Part shown: positions 47,616 through 60,475 of the stretch, piece by piece
Numbering within the stretch: the stretch's first letter is position 1
How the letters are laid out: each line of letters opens with the position of its first letter
Assembly: GCA_951406725.2 (NCBI GenBank)
Contig: OX597841.1
Span: 3,038,001-3,102,000, forward strand
Length of the DNA: 64,000 nucleotides
Direction of reading: 5' to 3'
DNA from: Octopus vulgaris
Lineage: Eukaryota
Notes under the pieces: generated by a model
Database searches by the model: none
What the model saw: only the letters and a program-made list of their open reading frames with translations
Told to the model about the DNA's origin: nothing
Made by a program: the position numbers and the translations under genes

Positions 47616-47763
47616 GAGATATTTTTACAAAGAGCCAGATCGGAATGTGAGCACACGTCTTTTCTGTCTTCACAACAACAAAATACATAATTTGATATTT
47701 GTAATGTCAAAAGAATCTTACAAAGTGTTTTGGGTAGTAATTTAAATTTTTTTTTTTCTTTCT

Positions 47764-47804
<41 letters not shown>

Positions 47805-47899
47805 TGTGTGTGTGTTCGGTAACTTAGTTGTGATGTCAACCTCGTTATAACCATGAAGAGGTAGGCCTCTCTTTTGCTATTCAACAGTATACGTATCAC

Positions 47900-49060
47900 A
47901 CCTATTTCAGCCGTGGTGCTATGCTCAGGCAGTGTTAGAATGGCAACCATCTCTTCACACGTTTCATCACCTTTACAAAATCGATTAAAAAAATGGCTAA
48001 CCCACCCGATGATGTAATGTCTGTACTTTCATCAATACAAATAGACAAAAACTTACATGAAGACAAATCTTGCATCAATTGTTCAGAAGTATTCTTCTCC
48101 AACTTCACCATTCTATCCTTAACTGCTTCCCTACACGCAGACAATTCTTTAACCCTTTCGTTACCAACCCAGCTCTGGCTCTGTACTTCAAATGTCTTGT
48201 TTTTATAAGTTTTGCATTAAAATATACGACCAAACCTTAGTTGCAATTTATATTCCTAACACTAGCTTAATGATAACTAAGTTATTTTGTTAAATTCTGT
48301 TATATTTAAAGTAATTGAAAGAAACACAAAACATCTCAACAGAAATATGGTAACAAAGGGTTAAGAAGAAAAATAATCAGCAGAAGACATGAGAGGAGAC
48401 CTCAATGTGGTCACTCTATATGCTAGAAATAATAGCCTAAATTTCCTTCAATCCACACCCTCTCAACTGCTTCTAATGTCCATCTACCCAAATGTAGAAG
48501 TGTTTTTAACTCTTTCGATACCAACCTGGCTGAAACCACCTCTGGCTCTGTAGTACAAATATCTTGCTTTTATAAGTTTTGCATTAAAATATACCACCAA
48601 ACCTTAGTCGCAATTTATTTTCCTAACACTAGCTTAATGATAACTAAGTTATTTTACTAAATTCTTTGTTATATTTAAAGTAATTGAAAGAAACACTGAG
48701 CATCTCAAAATAAATACAGTAACGAAAGGATTAATGTGCTGAAAAATTGCCAAAACGGAAAGGTGCACACTCTAGCCAAGCTTCTTTAATATAATCTCCA
48801 TCACCCACTGGCTTTCCATGTTGCACTATAACTTTTGAAACCTCAAAACCAGCAGCAACTAAGTTGGAACTGAGCTTGCCCAAGATAAAGTTTATAAAAA
48901 TATCAGCCTGTTTTTTTGGTTTTGCTGAGTTCATGAGAAATTAATTATCTTATTCCTCTCCAGTTTTATTGCTTAAGTTCTTCTGAACCCTTTCAAAATG
49001 CCTCTTTACAGAAGTTCTACAAATGACAGTTTCGAAAAAGAAAATCATAATGCTTTCTCT
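47900..49060 (-). mobile_element. hAT (Buster/SPIN/Charlie-type) transposase remnant, interrupted
   Basis: GFEVSKVIVQHGKP..DGDYIKEAWLECA (48731-48934) and FLSICIDESTDITSS..LAIF (47935-48144). Confidence 0.8.
48153..48730. mobile_element. Two piggyBac-like MITEs (48153-48360, 48510-48730) flanking a ~145-bp spacer
   Basis: TTAA at every end; CCCTTT..AAAGGG termini (slightly mutated in the second). Confidence 0.8.
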
Positions 49061-49080
49061 TTCTTAATCATATCAAACAT

Positions 49081-49481
49081 AGGCGCATGAGTGGCTGTGT
49101 GGTAAGTAGCTTGCTAACCAACCACATGGTTCCGGGTTCAGTCCCACTGCGTGGCATCTTGGGCAGGTGTCATCTGCTATAGCCCCGGGCCGACCAATGC
49201 CTTGTGAGTGGATTTGGTAGACGGAAACTGAAAGAATCTTGTCGTATATATGTGTATATATATATATATGTATGTGTGTGTGTCTGTGTTTGTTCCCCTA
49301 GCATTGCTTGACAACCGATGCTGGTGTGTTTACGTCCCCCGTCACTTAGCGGTTCGGCAAACAGAGACCGATAGAATAAGTACTGGGCTTACACAAAGAA
49401 TAAGTCCCGGGGTCGATTTGATCGACTAAAGGCGGTGCTCCAGCATGGCCGCAGTCAAATGACTGAAACAAGTAAAAGAGT
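49081..49481 (+). mobile_element. SINE family B, complete reference copy
   Basis: A-box TGGCTGTGTGG, B-box GGTTCAGTCCC, internal TA/TG tract, tail ggcggtgctccagcatggccgcagtcaaatgactgaaac; other copies 55023-55360, 59195-59800, 60478-61005. Confidence 0.9.
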
Positions 49482-49919
49482 AAAAAAAAAAAGAGAGCAA
49501 ACTCTTCAGTTGAATGACATCGTTCCTTAGCTGGTGGTCCTGGGAGTCTGCACAATGTATAAAGAGCAGGAAAAAAAGTTTGCTACCCCAACAAAATAAT
49601 AGGATGGGCACTGTGTAAAGATCAGTAAAGAAAGGACAAAGCATGCAACAAATCATGAAATTTTATGGCCATAAATAATTTGACGCTTACAGTATATCAT
49701 TTGAAGGAGCAATGACATGTACAACAGCTCAAGTCCGATGAACTAACAATCTGGTGTCTGCATAATCTCATATGTATGCAATACATTGATGTTGATTGAG
49801 GCAAGTGAGAATCGAAATCGATCAACATCAATGGAAATTGCAGCTGTGATACCAGTGCCGGTGGTATGTAAAAGAACCATCCGAACGTGGCCGTTGCCAG
49901 TGCCGCTCCAACTGGCCTC

Positions 49920-50450
49920 ATGCCGGTGGCACATAAAAAGCACCATCCGATCGTGGCCATTTGCCAGCCTCGCCTGGCACCCATGCCGGTGGCACGTAAA
50001 AAGCACCATCCGATTGTGGCCATTTGCCAGCCTCACCTGGCACCCATGCCGGTGGCACGTAAAAAGCACCATCCGATTGTGGCCGTTTGCCAGCCTCACC
50101 TGGCACCCATGCCGGTGGCACGTAAAAAGCACCATCCGATTGTGGCCATTTGCCAGCCTCGCCTGGCACCCATGCCAGTGGCACGTAAAAAGCACCATCC
50201 GATCGTGGCCGTTTGCCAGCCTCGCCTGGCACCCATGCCGGTGGCACGTAAAAAGCACCATCCGATCGTGGCCGTTTGCCAGCCTCGCCTGGCACCCATG
50301 CCGGTGGCACGTAAAAAGCACCATCCGATCGTGGCCGTTTGCCAGCCTCGCCTGACACCCATGCCGGTGGCACGTAAAAAGCACCATCCGATCGTGGCCG
50401 TTTGCCAGCCTCGTCTGGCACCTATGCCGGTGGCACACAAAAAGCACCCA
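49920..50450. repeat. 63-bp tandem minisatellite, ~8 copies, inside SINE-like family C
   Basis: catgccggtggcacgtaaaaagcaccatccgatcgtggccgtttgccagcctcgcctggcacc repeated. Confidence 0.95.
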
Positions 50451-50880
50451 CTACACTCACGGAGTGGTTGGCGTTAGGAAGGGCATCCAGCTGTAGAAAC
50501 TTTGCCAGATCAGACTGAGCCTGGTGCAGCTTCCTGGCTTCCCAGACCCCAGTTGAACCGTCCAACCCATGCTAGCATGGAAAGCAGGCGCTAAACGATG
50601 ATGATGATGATGATATGTACTCGATATGCACAATGTACACATAACAACTATGATGAAGACATTGCAACAGTCAACTAACTGTACCCAAACTTGCATGCAG
50701 GCTGAATTCAGAAGCATCGACCCACGGCTCTATAAATATGATTTAGTCACTTGAACATTGATGGACATCAAATGATCTACATAACAAAAATTACAATACA
50801 GTACTGGCTCATTTATTAGAAATTGTCAAAAAAATTTGTGATACTTTTGTATACAAGCTGTAATATTTACTGTACTTTAA

Positions 50881-51093
50881 CCCTTTCATTACTGTATTTA
50901 TTTTGAGATGCTCTGTTTCTTTCATTTACTTAAAATACAACAAAGAATTTAGTAAAATAACTTAGTTATCATTCAGCTACTGTTAGGAATTGTGACTAAG
51001 GTTTGGTGGAAGATTTTAATTAAAAACTTATGAAAACAAGACATTTGTACTACAGAGCCAAAGCCAGTTTCAGCCGGGTTGGTCACGAAAGGG
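50881..51093. mobile_element. piggyBac-like MITE (reverse copy of the 48510 family)
   Basis: TTAA-CCCTTT..AAAGGG-TTAA. Confidence 0.85.
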
Positions 51094-51664
51094 TTAAGTC
51101 ATAACAAATAGCATGATAGGAAATCAGGGAAGAACTGCACAAAGGTAAGTATATTTTTCATCTTGTGTTTAATACATAGATCAAATCTGTATTACAAAGA
51201 AAGAAAAAAAAATCTAGAAAACTTATCTCTTCTTCCAAGCATTTCTAATCTGACCTGATATACGTACTCTGGAACATGTTTTACACGTGTTTAGGCAGCA
51301 TAATTAAACCTGTTGCCACACAAGATTCATATCAATCAAACCTAGTCACATAAGGCACAAGATATAATAAAACCATGCTGATGATCACCCCTTAAATACA
51401 CCACTGAAGCGCACTAGTGTAGCGGGGGAGCGACAGTAGAGGCAACCCACTCTGGGCGGCACTTTAAACGGCCTCACCGTTTGCTTGTCATTCATTTGCT
51501 AACCCACTTTCCTCTATTCAGCACAGCAAGAATATGGCATAATGATGATATCACTGCTGTAGCAAGCATTGAGAGGAATTTTGAATAAATAGGTGAGGCA
51601 GTTGTCTTGTCAGTGAATACCAGTTGCGGGACCTAACATCAAAACACTGGTTGGAGATCATTAA

Positions 51665-51885
51665 CCCTTTAGTGTTCGCATTATTCTGCCAAAGTTAATC
51701 CTTTTTTATCCACACTGTTTAGAACTAATCAGGCATTATCTTGTATCTATGAGATTTTGATGAGGTAGCTGTTAATTTTTAAAGCGATATTGTAGGGTTG
51801 GTGTGAGAGACCAGATCTGGCCAGTTTGAACATAAAACAGGCAGAATACTTTTGGCCGGATATGGCCAGTTTAAATGCTAAAGGG
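51665..51885. mobile_element. piggyBac-like MITE, second family
   Basis: TTAA-CCCTTTAG..CTAAAGGG-TTAA. Confidence 0.8.
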
Positions 51886-52254
51886 TTAAATAAAGGTAGG
51901 CGTAATTTGTGACATAAAAATGTATCTGAGCGATAAAAAGTCACAATATACTATTGAGAGAAAGTCATTAAATGGAAGGTTACTAGAGAGAATTTTGCAT
52001 GCCAGAGATTGCTCAACCCTGGCCTAGACCCTCTTTTGTTCACATTGGGAAGGCTCTCCCAGTCATGTGCCACATTTAGTGGGCTTTCATGTTAGCACTT
52101 CCATGTCTCTCTTATTGAATGCAAGTCTGCAATTATCCATTTGTACACACAGCCCCCTCTTAAATTTTTGCAAACTAGAATACCTTTTTTCCTATCATGA
52201 ATATATTTGTGTTTTGTTAAGTCCGAATTTTGAGAGAATGGTTTTTTACAGGTA

Positions 52255-54009
52255 TCAGTGATAGGGTCTCTCCCCTGTATGAATACATTTGTGTCTTGAT
52301 AAGTGACCGCTTTGAGAGAAGGATTTACCACAGATATCACAGTGATATGGTTTCTCTCCTGTATGAGTACGTTTATGTGCAGTTAAGGCACAATTATAAG
52401 AGAATGATTTACCACAGATATCACAATGATATGGCTTCTCTCCTGTATGAATACGTTTATGTGCTGTTAAGCCACAACGATGTGAGAATAATTTACCACA
52501 GATATCACAATGATACGGTTTCTCTCCTGTATGAATACGTCTGTGAGATGATAACTGACTACTTTCAACGAATGATTTACCACAGATATCACAATGGTAT
52601 TGTCTCTTTCCTGTATGACGATGTTTGTGTGTTGTTAAGTTACTTCTTTGAGAGAATGATTTACCACAGACATCACAGTGATGTGTTTTCTCCCCAGTAT
52701 GAACATATTTGTGTGCTGATAAGTAATTACTTTGAGAGAATGATTTACCACAGATATCACAACGATATGGTTTCTCTCCCGTATGAATACGTTTGTGACT
52801 TGATAATCTACTACTATTACTGAATGACTTACCGCAGATATCACAATCAAATGGTTTCTCTCCTGTATGAGTACGTTTGTGACGTGATAACTGACTACTG
52901 TCAATGAATGATTTATAACAGATATCACAATGATATGGTTTCTCTCCTGTATGAAGACGTTTATGTTTAGTTAAGACACAATTCTGATAGAATGATTTAC
53001 CACAGATATCACACTGATATGGTTTCTCTCCTGTATGAATACGTTTATGTACAGTTAAGAAACAATTCTGAGAGAATGATTTACCACAGATATCACACTG
53101 ATAGGGTTTCTCTCCTGTATGAATACGTTTGTGTTTTATTAAGTCAGAACTATGAGAGAATGATTTACCACAGATGTCACAGTGATGTGGTTTCTCACCT
53201 GTATGAACATGTTTGTGTGTCAATAAGTGACTACTTTCAGTGAATGATTTACCACAGATATCACAACGATATGGTTTCTCCCCTGTATGAATACGTTTAT
53301 GCCTAGTTAAGATATAACTACGAGAGAATGATTTACCACAGATGTCACAGTGATATGATTTCTCTCCTGTATGAATACGTCTGTGTGCAGTTAATTTACT
53401 ACTATCAGAGAATGATTTACCACAGATTTCACAATGATATGGTTTCTCCCCTGTATGAGTACGTTTATGTTTAGTTAAGACAAAACTATGAGAGAATGAT
53501 TTACCACAGATGTCACAGTGATATGGTCTTTCTCCTGTGTGTGTATGCTTGTGACGTGATAACTGACCACTGTCAGAGAACGATTTACCGCAGATATCAC
53601 ACTGATATGGTTTCTCTCCTGTATGAGTACGTTTGTGCCTAGTAAGGCTACTACTACGATAGAATGATTTACCACAGACATCACACTGATATGGTTTCTC
53701 TCCTGTATGAAGACGTTTGTGTTTTGTTAAGTGACTACTGTCAGAGAAGGATCTATCACAAATATCACAATGATATGGTCTTTCTCCTGTATGAGTACGT
53801 TTGTGCCTAGTAAGGCTACTACTTTGAGAGAATGATTTACCACAGATATCACAGTGATGTGGTTTGTCACCTGTATGAACAGGTTTGTGTGTAAGTAGGT
53901 TACTTTCTTGAAAGAAGGACTCTGTACATACATCACAGTCATATGATCTCATCTTTTTCATCATGTCTTCAGAGAAAATCAATTCTACAATTTTCTCACT
54001 CTTTTCCAT
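52255..54009 (-). CDS. C2H2 zinc-finger protein unit 8, 20 fingers plus a frameshifted 21st
   Basis: ATG 54009; 2-nt deletion at ~52256 shifts the last finger; exon start 54363. Confidence 0.88.
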   Translation of the reverse strand: MEKSEKIVELIFSEDMMKKMRSYDCDVCTESFFQESNLLTHKPVHTGDKPHHCDICGKSFSQSSSLTRHKRTHTGERPYHCDICDRSFSDSSHLTKHKRLHTGEKPYQCDVCGKSFYRSSSLTRHKRTHTGEKPYQCDICGKSFSDSGQLSRHKHTHTGERPYHCDICGKSFSHSFVLTKHKRTHTGEKPYHCEICGKSFSDSSKLTAHRRIHTGEKSYHCDICGKSFSRSYILTRHKRIHTGEKPYRCDICGKSFTESSHLLTHKHVHTGEKPHHCDICGKSFSHSSDLIKHKRIHTGEKPYQCDICGKSFSQNCFLTVHKRIHTGEKPYQCDICGKSFYQNCVLTKHKRLHTGEKPYHCDICYKSFIDSSQLSRHKRTHTGEKPFDCDICGKSFSNSSRLSSHKRIHTGEKPYRCDICGKSFSQSNYLSAHKYVHTGEKTHHCDVCGKSFSQRSNLTTHKHRHTGKRQYHCDICGKSFVESSQLSSHRRIHTGEKPYHCDICGKLFSHRCGLTAHKRIHTGEKPYHCDICGKSFSYNCALTAHKRTHTGEKPYHCDICGKSFSQSGHLSRHKCIHTGERPYH

Positions 54010-55824
54010 TATTTTTCTGTCAAATCCAAGTTCATATATCCTTCTTCCTTTGGTTCTTGTACTTTGTTCCTTACAGGCACTTTAACTGTTGTATTTCGGT
54101 CCAGTGTTACCTTTGTTTAGCAACACTTAAATCAATTTATCCAACTTCAATGAGCACACAGGCTCCTCTTCTTGAAAACACAAGCCTGGGAGGTTCACAA
54201 ATTTGGCTAATAATATTTCAGAGCAAACGTTTCACAGGAATTCTACCATAGATTTCTAGAAACTATCCGACACATCTGCTTTGCAAAATATTCTTCTTTT
54301 AGTCTTTAAAACGTGGTAGATATTGAGGATGCTTCTTCTGTTATGTCAATGTCATCTGATGTTCTGAAATTATAGAGAAACAACAGTGTAAGATATTGTG
54401 GTTAGTAAAAAAATACAAATTCATTTCTAATGAGATCAATTAAGCTGGATGTCAACAGCTCCCTAAGGAAGTGCTGATCCCTCAAAGTAGAGGGAACATG
54501 TGGAAATGGGACACCCGTGAAGACATGGGAGGAAGGGCTGATAAACGAGTGAAATACCACAACACAGCATCCTGGTGTCATGGTATATAGCTGCTAATGC
54601 CACACTGTTGAATGGCTAAAATTACCCAAATTTCTCAACTTTAGTTCCAAATAACATCAGATTCTTCAATTTACAAGATAAAATAATTGGTGTAAGATGT
54701 AGAGGTTACTTAAAAAATACAGATTTATTTCTATCGAGATAAACTGCAGAATTAAACATTTAACCTAAGAACTGAGCGAGATGCTGGCAGCTCTGTAAAG
54801 AAGTGCTAACCTGTAAAAATAACGACTAATTAAGGTAAGAGAAGCAAATTTCCAAGCAGAAAACAGAATCGAACTGTCATTTGCTCCCACGGAAATATTC
54901 GAAGTAAAATATTTTGATTTTGTCGAGTTATATCGAAAGAATGAACAGGGCTTTTATAACTGCTCATATCTGAATTCTAAGAACCGTATTTTGCGAAACA
55001 TTTCTTTGACGAAAGTTTAGAATTCAGTCCCACTGCATGGCATCTTGGGCAGGTGTCTTCTGCTATAGCCCCGAGCCGACCAAAGCCTTGTGAGTGGATT
55101 TGGTAGATGGAAACTGAAAGAAGCCTGTCGTATATATGTATATATATATATATGTATGTGTGTGTGTCTGTGTTTGTCCCCCTAGTATTGCTTGACAACT
55201 GATGCTGGTGTGTTTATGTCACCGTCACTTAGCGGTTCGGCATAAGAGACCGATAGAATAAGTACTGGGCTTACAAAAGAATAAGTCCCGCGGTCGAGTT
55301 GCTCAAAGGCGGTGCTCCAGCATGGCCGCAGTCAAATGACTGAAACAAGTAAAAGAGTAAGAGTAATTCGTATATGGGCAGTGATTTTAACGAATGGGAT
55401 TACCAACAATTATGCTTGTTCGGGCAAACGACTATTACGTCATATTGCCGTCTTTTATGCCAAAAAGCATCGGTTCCTCAACATTTCGGTAGTTGGAGTG
55501 CATTAGAGAATATTTTGCGAACTGAAAGAGGAAAAAAAAAAAACCTAACCTGGTACCTTCCATAGCTAGAAATAGCATCCAAATCTCGCACAACACATAG
55601 CATCTCTCTTCCATCGCTACAAATAGCAACCCAATCCTGAGCAAATCATGGACATCTCTCATCCATAGCTAGAACTAGCAGCTAAATCCCGCACAAATCA
55701 AGGACACCTCTCGTTTATTAAAACATAGAAATCGTACAAAGAATCGACGCGCCAAAATCCAGAAGTCTACAGAAATTAAAAACAACGAATATTTTCACTG
55801 TTTATTAGAAACAGCGAAATTTAG

Positions 55825-56227
55825 GGCGATCTTTCGTCTCTAGTAGACCTTTCCGTCGATTTCCGTAAAAAAATTTATTTTTTTTACATATGGGCTTGCG
55901 GGAACTTTTGAAGTAATATACATACATATACACATACACCGAGTAAAAAATTTCAGTTATCTCTGTCTCTTCACACACACTAACAGAAGCACTTCACTTA
56001 CACAACATACTGTCTGTCTCCCACACCCCATCAAACACACACACACACATGTACATCAATTCTTTCCCATGCACGGTAACTTCAAAAGAACTTCCCTCGT
56101 CATACAATCGCTCTCTCTTAATCTCTTTCGCTCTCATTACTTCAAAAGTTCCCGCAAGCCCATACGTAAAAAAAAATTTTTTTTTACGGAAATCGACGGT
56201 AAGGTCTACTAGAGACGAAAGATTGCC
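55825..56227. mobile_element. Long-TIR MITE, same family as 42878 but opposite orientation
   Basis: Same TIRs; 8-bp TSD AAATTTAG at 55817-55824 and 56228-56235. Confidence 0.9.
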
Positions 56228-56315
56228 AAATTTAGCACAAATCAAGGATGTCTCTCGTTCATGAAAGACAGAAGGAAGACAAAGAATGGGCGGGTCAGGA
56301 ACCGAACGTCTATAG

Positions 56316-56516
56316 CAGTGGTTTTCAACCAGGGTTTCGCCAGTACAGTCCAGGGGTTCCGCAAGAACTTACAAAACTGCTAAAATCGGCGGTAATTTAT
56401 AATTCTCCTGTGCAGATATGTGTGCATAAAACTATTAAATTATTGCACAGGGGTTCCTCGAGCCAGTGGAATGTTTCCTTGGGGTTCCGCTCCAGCAAAA
56501 CCTTTGAAAAGCACTG
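56316..56516. mobile_element. hAT (Buster-type) MITE
   Basis: TIR CAGTGGTTTTCAA..TTGAAAAGCACTG; 8-bp TSD gtctatag/atctatag with central TA; empty site in paralogous introns. Confidence 0.85.
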
Positions 56517-56555
56517 ATCTATAGAATTAAGAGTCTGAATATATTCATTAATTAA

Positions 56556-56732
56556 TACTTACGGAAATGTTTCATAAAGGATGGTGTTGTTATATGGGTG
56601 TGTGTCTGGCAGTTGAGGAATACATTAGAACTATTATAAATGTATTATTAGCTGATTAAGAGAAATTCATGAAATAGACATTTAATTGCGAACCAGCATC
56701 AAGTAGGAAGTACGTTCAATGCGCATGCGTAT
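56556..56732 (-). promoter_or_regulatory. ZNF unit 8 putative promoter, first exon and donor
   Basis: Donor 56562-56556; AGGAAGT 56705-56711; TGCGCATGCG 56720-56729. Confidence 0.65.
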
Positions 56733-56901
56733 CTCCTCTCCTGAAATGCTTGAGGCAGCTATGCCTAGTTACCTCCCTTTATAAATATATTGCTCTTGTG
56801 CGTGAGTCCCGTACGCGAAGTATTTTTTTTTTTCTCACGAGAGTTCCGGACCCCAGTAATGAACTCATTTGCATACAGCCAATCAAAACAGTTTCACACA
56901 C

Positions 56902-57090
56902 ACGTGTGTGTGTGTTTGTGTTTGTGTGTATGTGTGTGTGTTTGTGTATGTGTGTTTGTGTGTGTGTGTGTTTGTGTATGTGTGTGTGTTTGTATTTGTG
57001 TGTTTGTGTATGTGTGTGTGTGTGTGTGTGTATTTGTGTGTTTGTGTATGTGTGTGTGTGTGTGTGTGTTTGTGTGTGTATGTGTGTGTT

Positions 57091-57123
<33 letters not shown>

Positions 57124-57186
57124 CTTTGTGTGTGTATGTGTGTGTCTTTGTGTATGTTTGTGTGTGTGTTTGTGTTTGTGTGTGTG
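56902..57186. repeat. Imperfect (TG)n microsatellite
   Basis: Direct inspection. Confidence 0.95.
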
Positions 57187-58220
57187 AAACTGTTATTAAA
57201 CCTGTCACACAACCGAGGAAGTAAATAAAATATGAGAACAAACACAGCTGCTAAGTTTATCTAGAGAGACATACAATTTGACCTTGATTTAGTTGAAGCC
57301 TGTTTTCTGGCCTCGATTTGATGGAAAAAACAAAATAAATGAAAAAGGGGGAAACATGTAGAATAGATAGATTATTTGCCTAAGCGTGTTGCTACATAAT
57401 TTCTAACACACATTTTCTCTAACCTTCGTAAATCTGCTGCTGTTCCGTCCCCAACAAAGAAAATGTGCAGGTCTTAATGTGAGCGAGGCTGTAATCGTTT
57501 TTAGTTGTTTTGTACTGATAAGATATTTAATCTTTTTCTCTAGTTTTTCTACTTGGCCTCACTTCTCCGTCAGTATTTTTTTTTTCTCTATATTTAACCA
57601 CTTGCCTCTTTATCTTTTCGCCTTGGACTTGCTTTCTCTTTTCCCTTGCAAAATTTACCGAGAACAAGACAGGAACGGCGTAGCGTTAAATAGATATCTA
57701 TACGTGTGTGTATATAGTCTCCTTCGCTGACGGTGTGTATATGCTTTTTTATGTATTTTAGACGGGTATTTATAACCTATATCTGTTTCTTTATTATCCA
57801 CAAGGGGCTAAACACAGAAGGGACTAACAAGGACAGACAAACGGATTAAGTCGATTACATCGACCCCAGTGCGTAACTGGTACTTAATTTATCGACCCCA
57901 AAAGGATGAAAGGCAAAGTCGAATATGGATACTATGGGCTTGTGCTTATATATATACAAACACATACATACACATACATACATACATACATACACACATA
58001 CACATACATACATACATACATACATACATTCATACACACACACACACACACACATACATACATACATACATACATACACAAACACATACATATCTTGAAA
58101 ATCCAGTAACTTCGAAACTGGAGTTGGCATAGCATGTTCTTTGTCTATCTCCTTAACTTCTTGGAGATTTTATGTATAATATGTCCATCTGTTCTAATCT
58201 AATTAAATTCTATGTCTTTG

Positions 58221-58307
58221 TGCAGCTGAAGACTGCTCTGCATTTTAAATTGATGTAATGATTGCATTGTTCAATTAAATGGAGTTGCATGAAACGATCG
58301 TACTGCA
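58221..58307 (+). ncRNA. Type I hammerhead ribozyme
   Basis: TGCAG-CTGAAGA-[long imperfect helix II]-GAAAC-GATC-GTA-CTGCA; perfect 5-bp helix I, palindromic ACGATCGT helix III. Confidence 0.7.
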
Positions 58308-58547
58308 TTACCTCTCTATATCCTTGTTGCTTATTTTTATTTTAATCACCTTACTTTGAAATCGTAGTTGTCTTACTATAAATGAGATACTTGGATACTC
58401 CTGAAGGACGGGGAGAAGGAGGGGGTCTGGAGGGAGTTAGAGAGAAAGAGAGAGACACAAAGAGTAGCCTAAGGTAGATTTTCTACCTGGCTGTCCACCG
58501 TCCTACCCATGCATGCATTCAAGAAAGTTTCAGCCACCCAAGGCATA

Positions 58548-59058
58548 TCTATATATATAAAACTCTAGTTGTGTGAGTGTCTGTCCCCTTCGATTTAGAT
58601 TCCTAACTCCTCCCACATTTTGCGGTGCAGTTTAACCAAATTCGGGTATCTTATAGTCGTGATTCATATCGAGCCCGTCTGGCTATTAGCGCGCGTCTAC
58701 GATGAGTCTACGATTTTAAAAATAATTTAACATCATTTTTTATTCCATTTTAATGCATAATTTTTCGTGTGTCGATGGCGGCGGAGTTGGCGTCCACGCT
58801 CAAACACCTGCACCTGTGTTTGCTTCTCCTCCTTCTTCCCTCCCTCGTGAAGCTGTGGGGAAGGGAGTGTAAGGAAATCAACGTCGTAAAGCGTTGTCAA
58901 GGAGACCAGCGTTCTTTTAGAACAACGACTTCATGGCTTGAAGACACCAAAACAGAAATGGCTAAGAAATTGGCATCTATAAGGGAAGTAACTCCCTAAA
59001 AATGCTTATATAGTTATTTCCCTTACAAACCCGAGCAACGCCGGGCGATACTGCTCGT
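58548..59058 (+). mobile_element. Non-autonomous Helitron-like element
   Basis: 5' TCTATATATATAAAA start; 3' hairpin cccgagcaacgccggg followed by CTCGT (CTAGT-like). Confidence 0.65.
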
Positions 59059-59369
59059 ACAATATAATAAAACAGGAGAAAATTCAGGCTGCTTTCTCAA
59101 ATGTGGAAACAATTTCAGATTGTTCCTCTGCTTGGTGGTCACTAACCGTTCTGAAGTGAGATAATTTTCTAGATTGAAAACATTCCTGGGCATGCAGGCG
59201 CAGGAGTGGCTGTGTGGTAAGTAGCTTGCCTACCAACCACATGGTTCCGGGTTCAGTCCCACTGCGTGGCATCTTGGGCAAGTGTCTTCTGCTATAGCCC
59301 CGGGCCGACCAATGCCTTGTGAGTGGATTTGGTAGACGGAAACTGAAAGAAGCCTGTCGTGTATATATG

Positions 59370-59400
<31 letters not shown>

Positions 59401-60140
59401 GTAGGCGCAGGAGTGGCTGTGTGGTAAGTAGCCTGCTAACCAACCACATGGTTCCGGGTTCAGTCCCACTGCGTGGCATCTTGGGCAAGTGTCTTCTGCT
59501 ATAGTCCCAGGCCGACCAAAGCCTTGTGAGTGGATTTGGTAGATGGAAACTGAAAGAAGCCTGTCGTATATATGTATATATATATAGATATGTATGTTTG
59601 TGTGTCTGTGTTTGTCCCCCTAGCATTGCTTGACAACCAATGCTGGTGAGTTTACGTCCCCGTCACTTAGCAGTTCGGCAAAAGAAGACCGATAGAATAA
59701 GTACTGGGCTTACAAAGGATAAGTCCCGGGGTCAATCTGATCGACTAAAGGCGGTGCTCCAGCATGGCCGCAGTCAAATGACTGAGACAAGTAAAAAAGT
59801 AAAAAAAAAAAGTATGCATGCCCTGACTGTCCAAGTAACGGGGTCTGATGACCAGCATAGGGCCTCATTTCTCCTAAATCCAGCACGGAATTCACTAGTG
59901 TGTGTTCCTGCAAATTGGAATTGAAGCTTTTAGAGAGAGAAAAACTGAGGAAATTGCAAGTAGAATTATACAACTTAATAATCGGTGGAAGGCGTTTGAA
60001 ATGTAACTGAATTTATCAACCAGACTTTTGTTTTGTTTTTTATTTTTATTTCGTTTTTTGTGAGGAGGTTTTTTTTTCTATTTGTATTGAATGACAAATT
60101 ATATTATGTTTTAGCCGGAGATTTTTAACAGATTTTCATT

Positions 60141-60331
60141 ATGGTCCGAAAAATTTGCGTGCTTGGAGCTGGAATTATTGGTCTCTACTCAGCCGTTCGA
60201 ATTCTTGAAGACTTACAAAATGTTGATGTTACAGTTATTGCTGAAAAGTTTTCTCCGAACAACACATCTGACGTGGCTGCTGGCTTCTGGATCCCCCATA
60301 AAATGGGCTCCACAAATATATCCTTAATCAA
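60141..60331 (+). CDS. D-amino-acid oxidase / D-aspartate oxidase family, first coding exon
   Basis: [12 protein letters not shown] Rossmann GxGxxG, AEKFSP..TSDVAAG motif; acceptor AG at 60113-60114, donor GTGAGT at 60332. Confidence 0.9.
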
Positions 60332-60433
60332 GTGAGTTGAAACGATTTGTCTATTTTTTCCTTTTTGCTTGTCAGTCTACCTATAAATCTACGGCTTTCT
60401 ATTCTGCTCAGAGTTGTCTCTCTTTGGTATCCC

Positions 60434-60475
60434 TTACTGAGGAAGGCTTAGGAGCCAGAAACACAAGGTCGGTAA
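60434..60475 (+). ncRNA. Hammerhead-like motif, helix I degenerate
   Basis: CTGAGGA-A-GGCT(tagg)AGCC-A-GAAAC-acaag-GTC. Confidence 0.55.

Noticed and set aside
49081-49150. tRNA-like A/B boxes (all SINE heads)
   Set aside because: No complete cloverleaf; they are SINE heads, not tRNA genes
49743-50477. Repetitive 167-234-aa ORFs on both strands
   Set aside because: Consequence of a stop-poor 63-bp tandem unit inside a SINE
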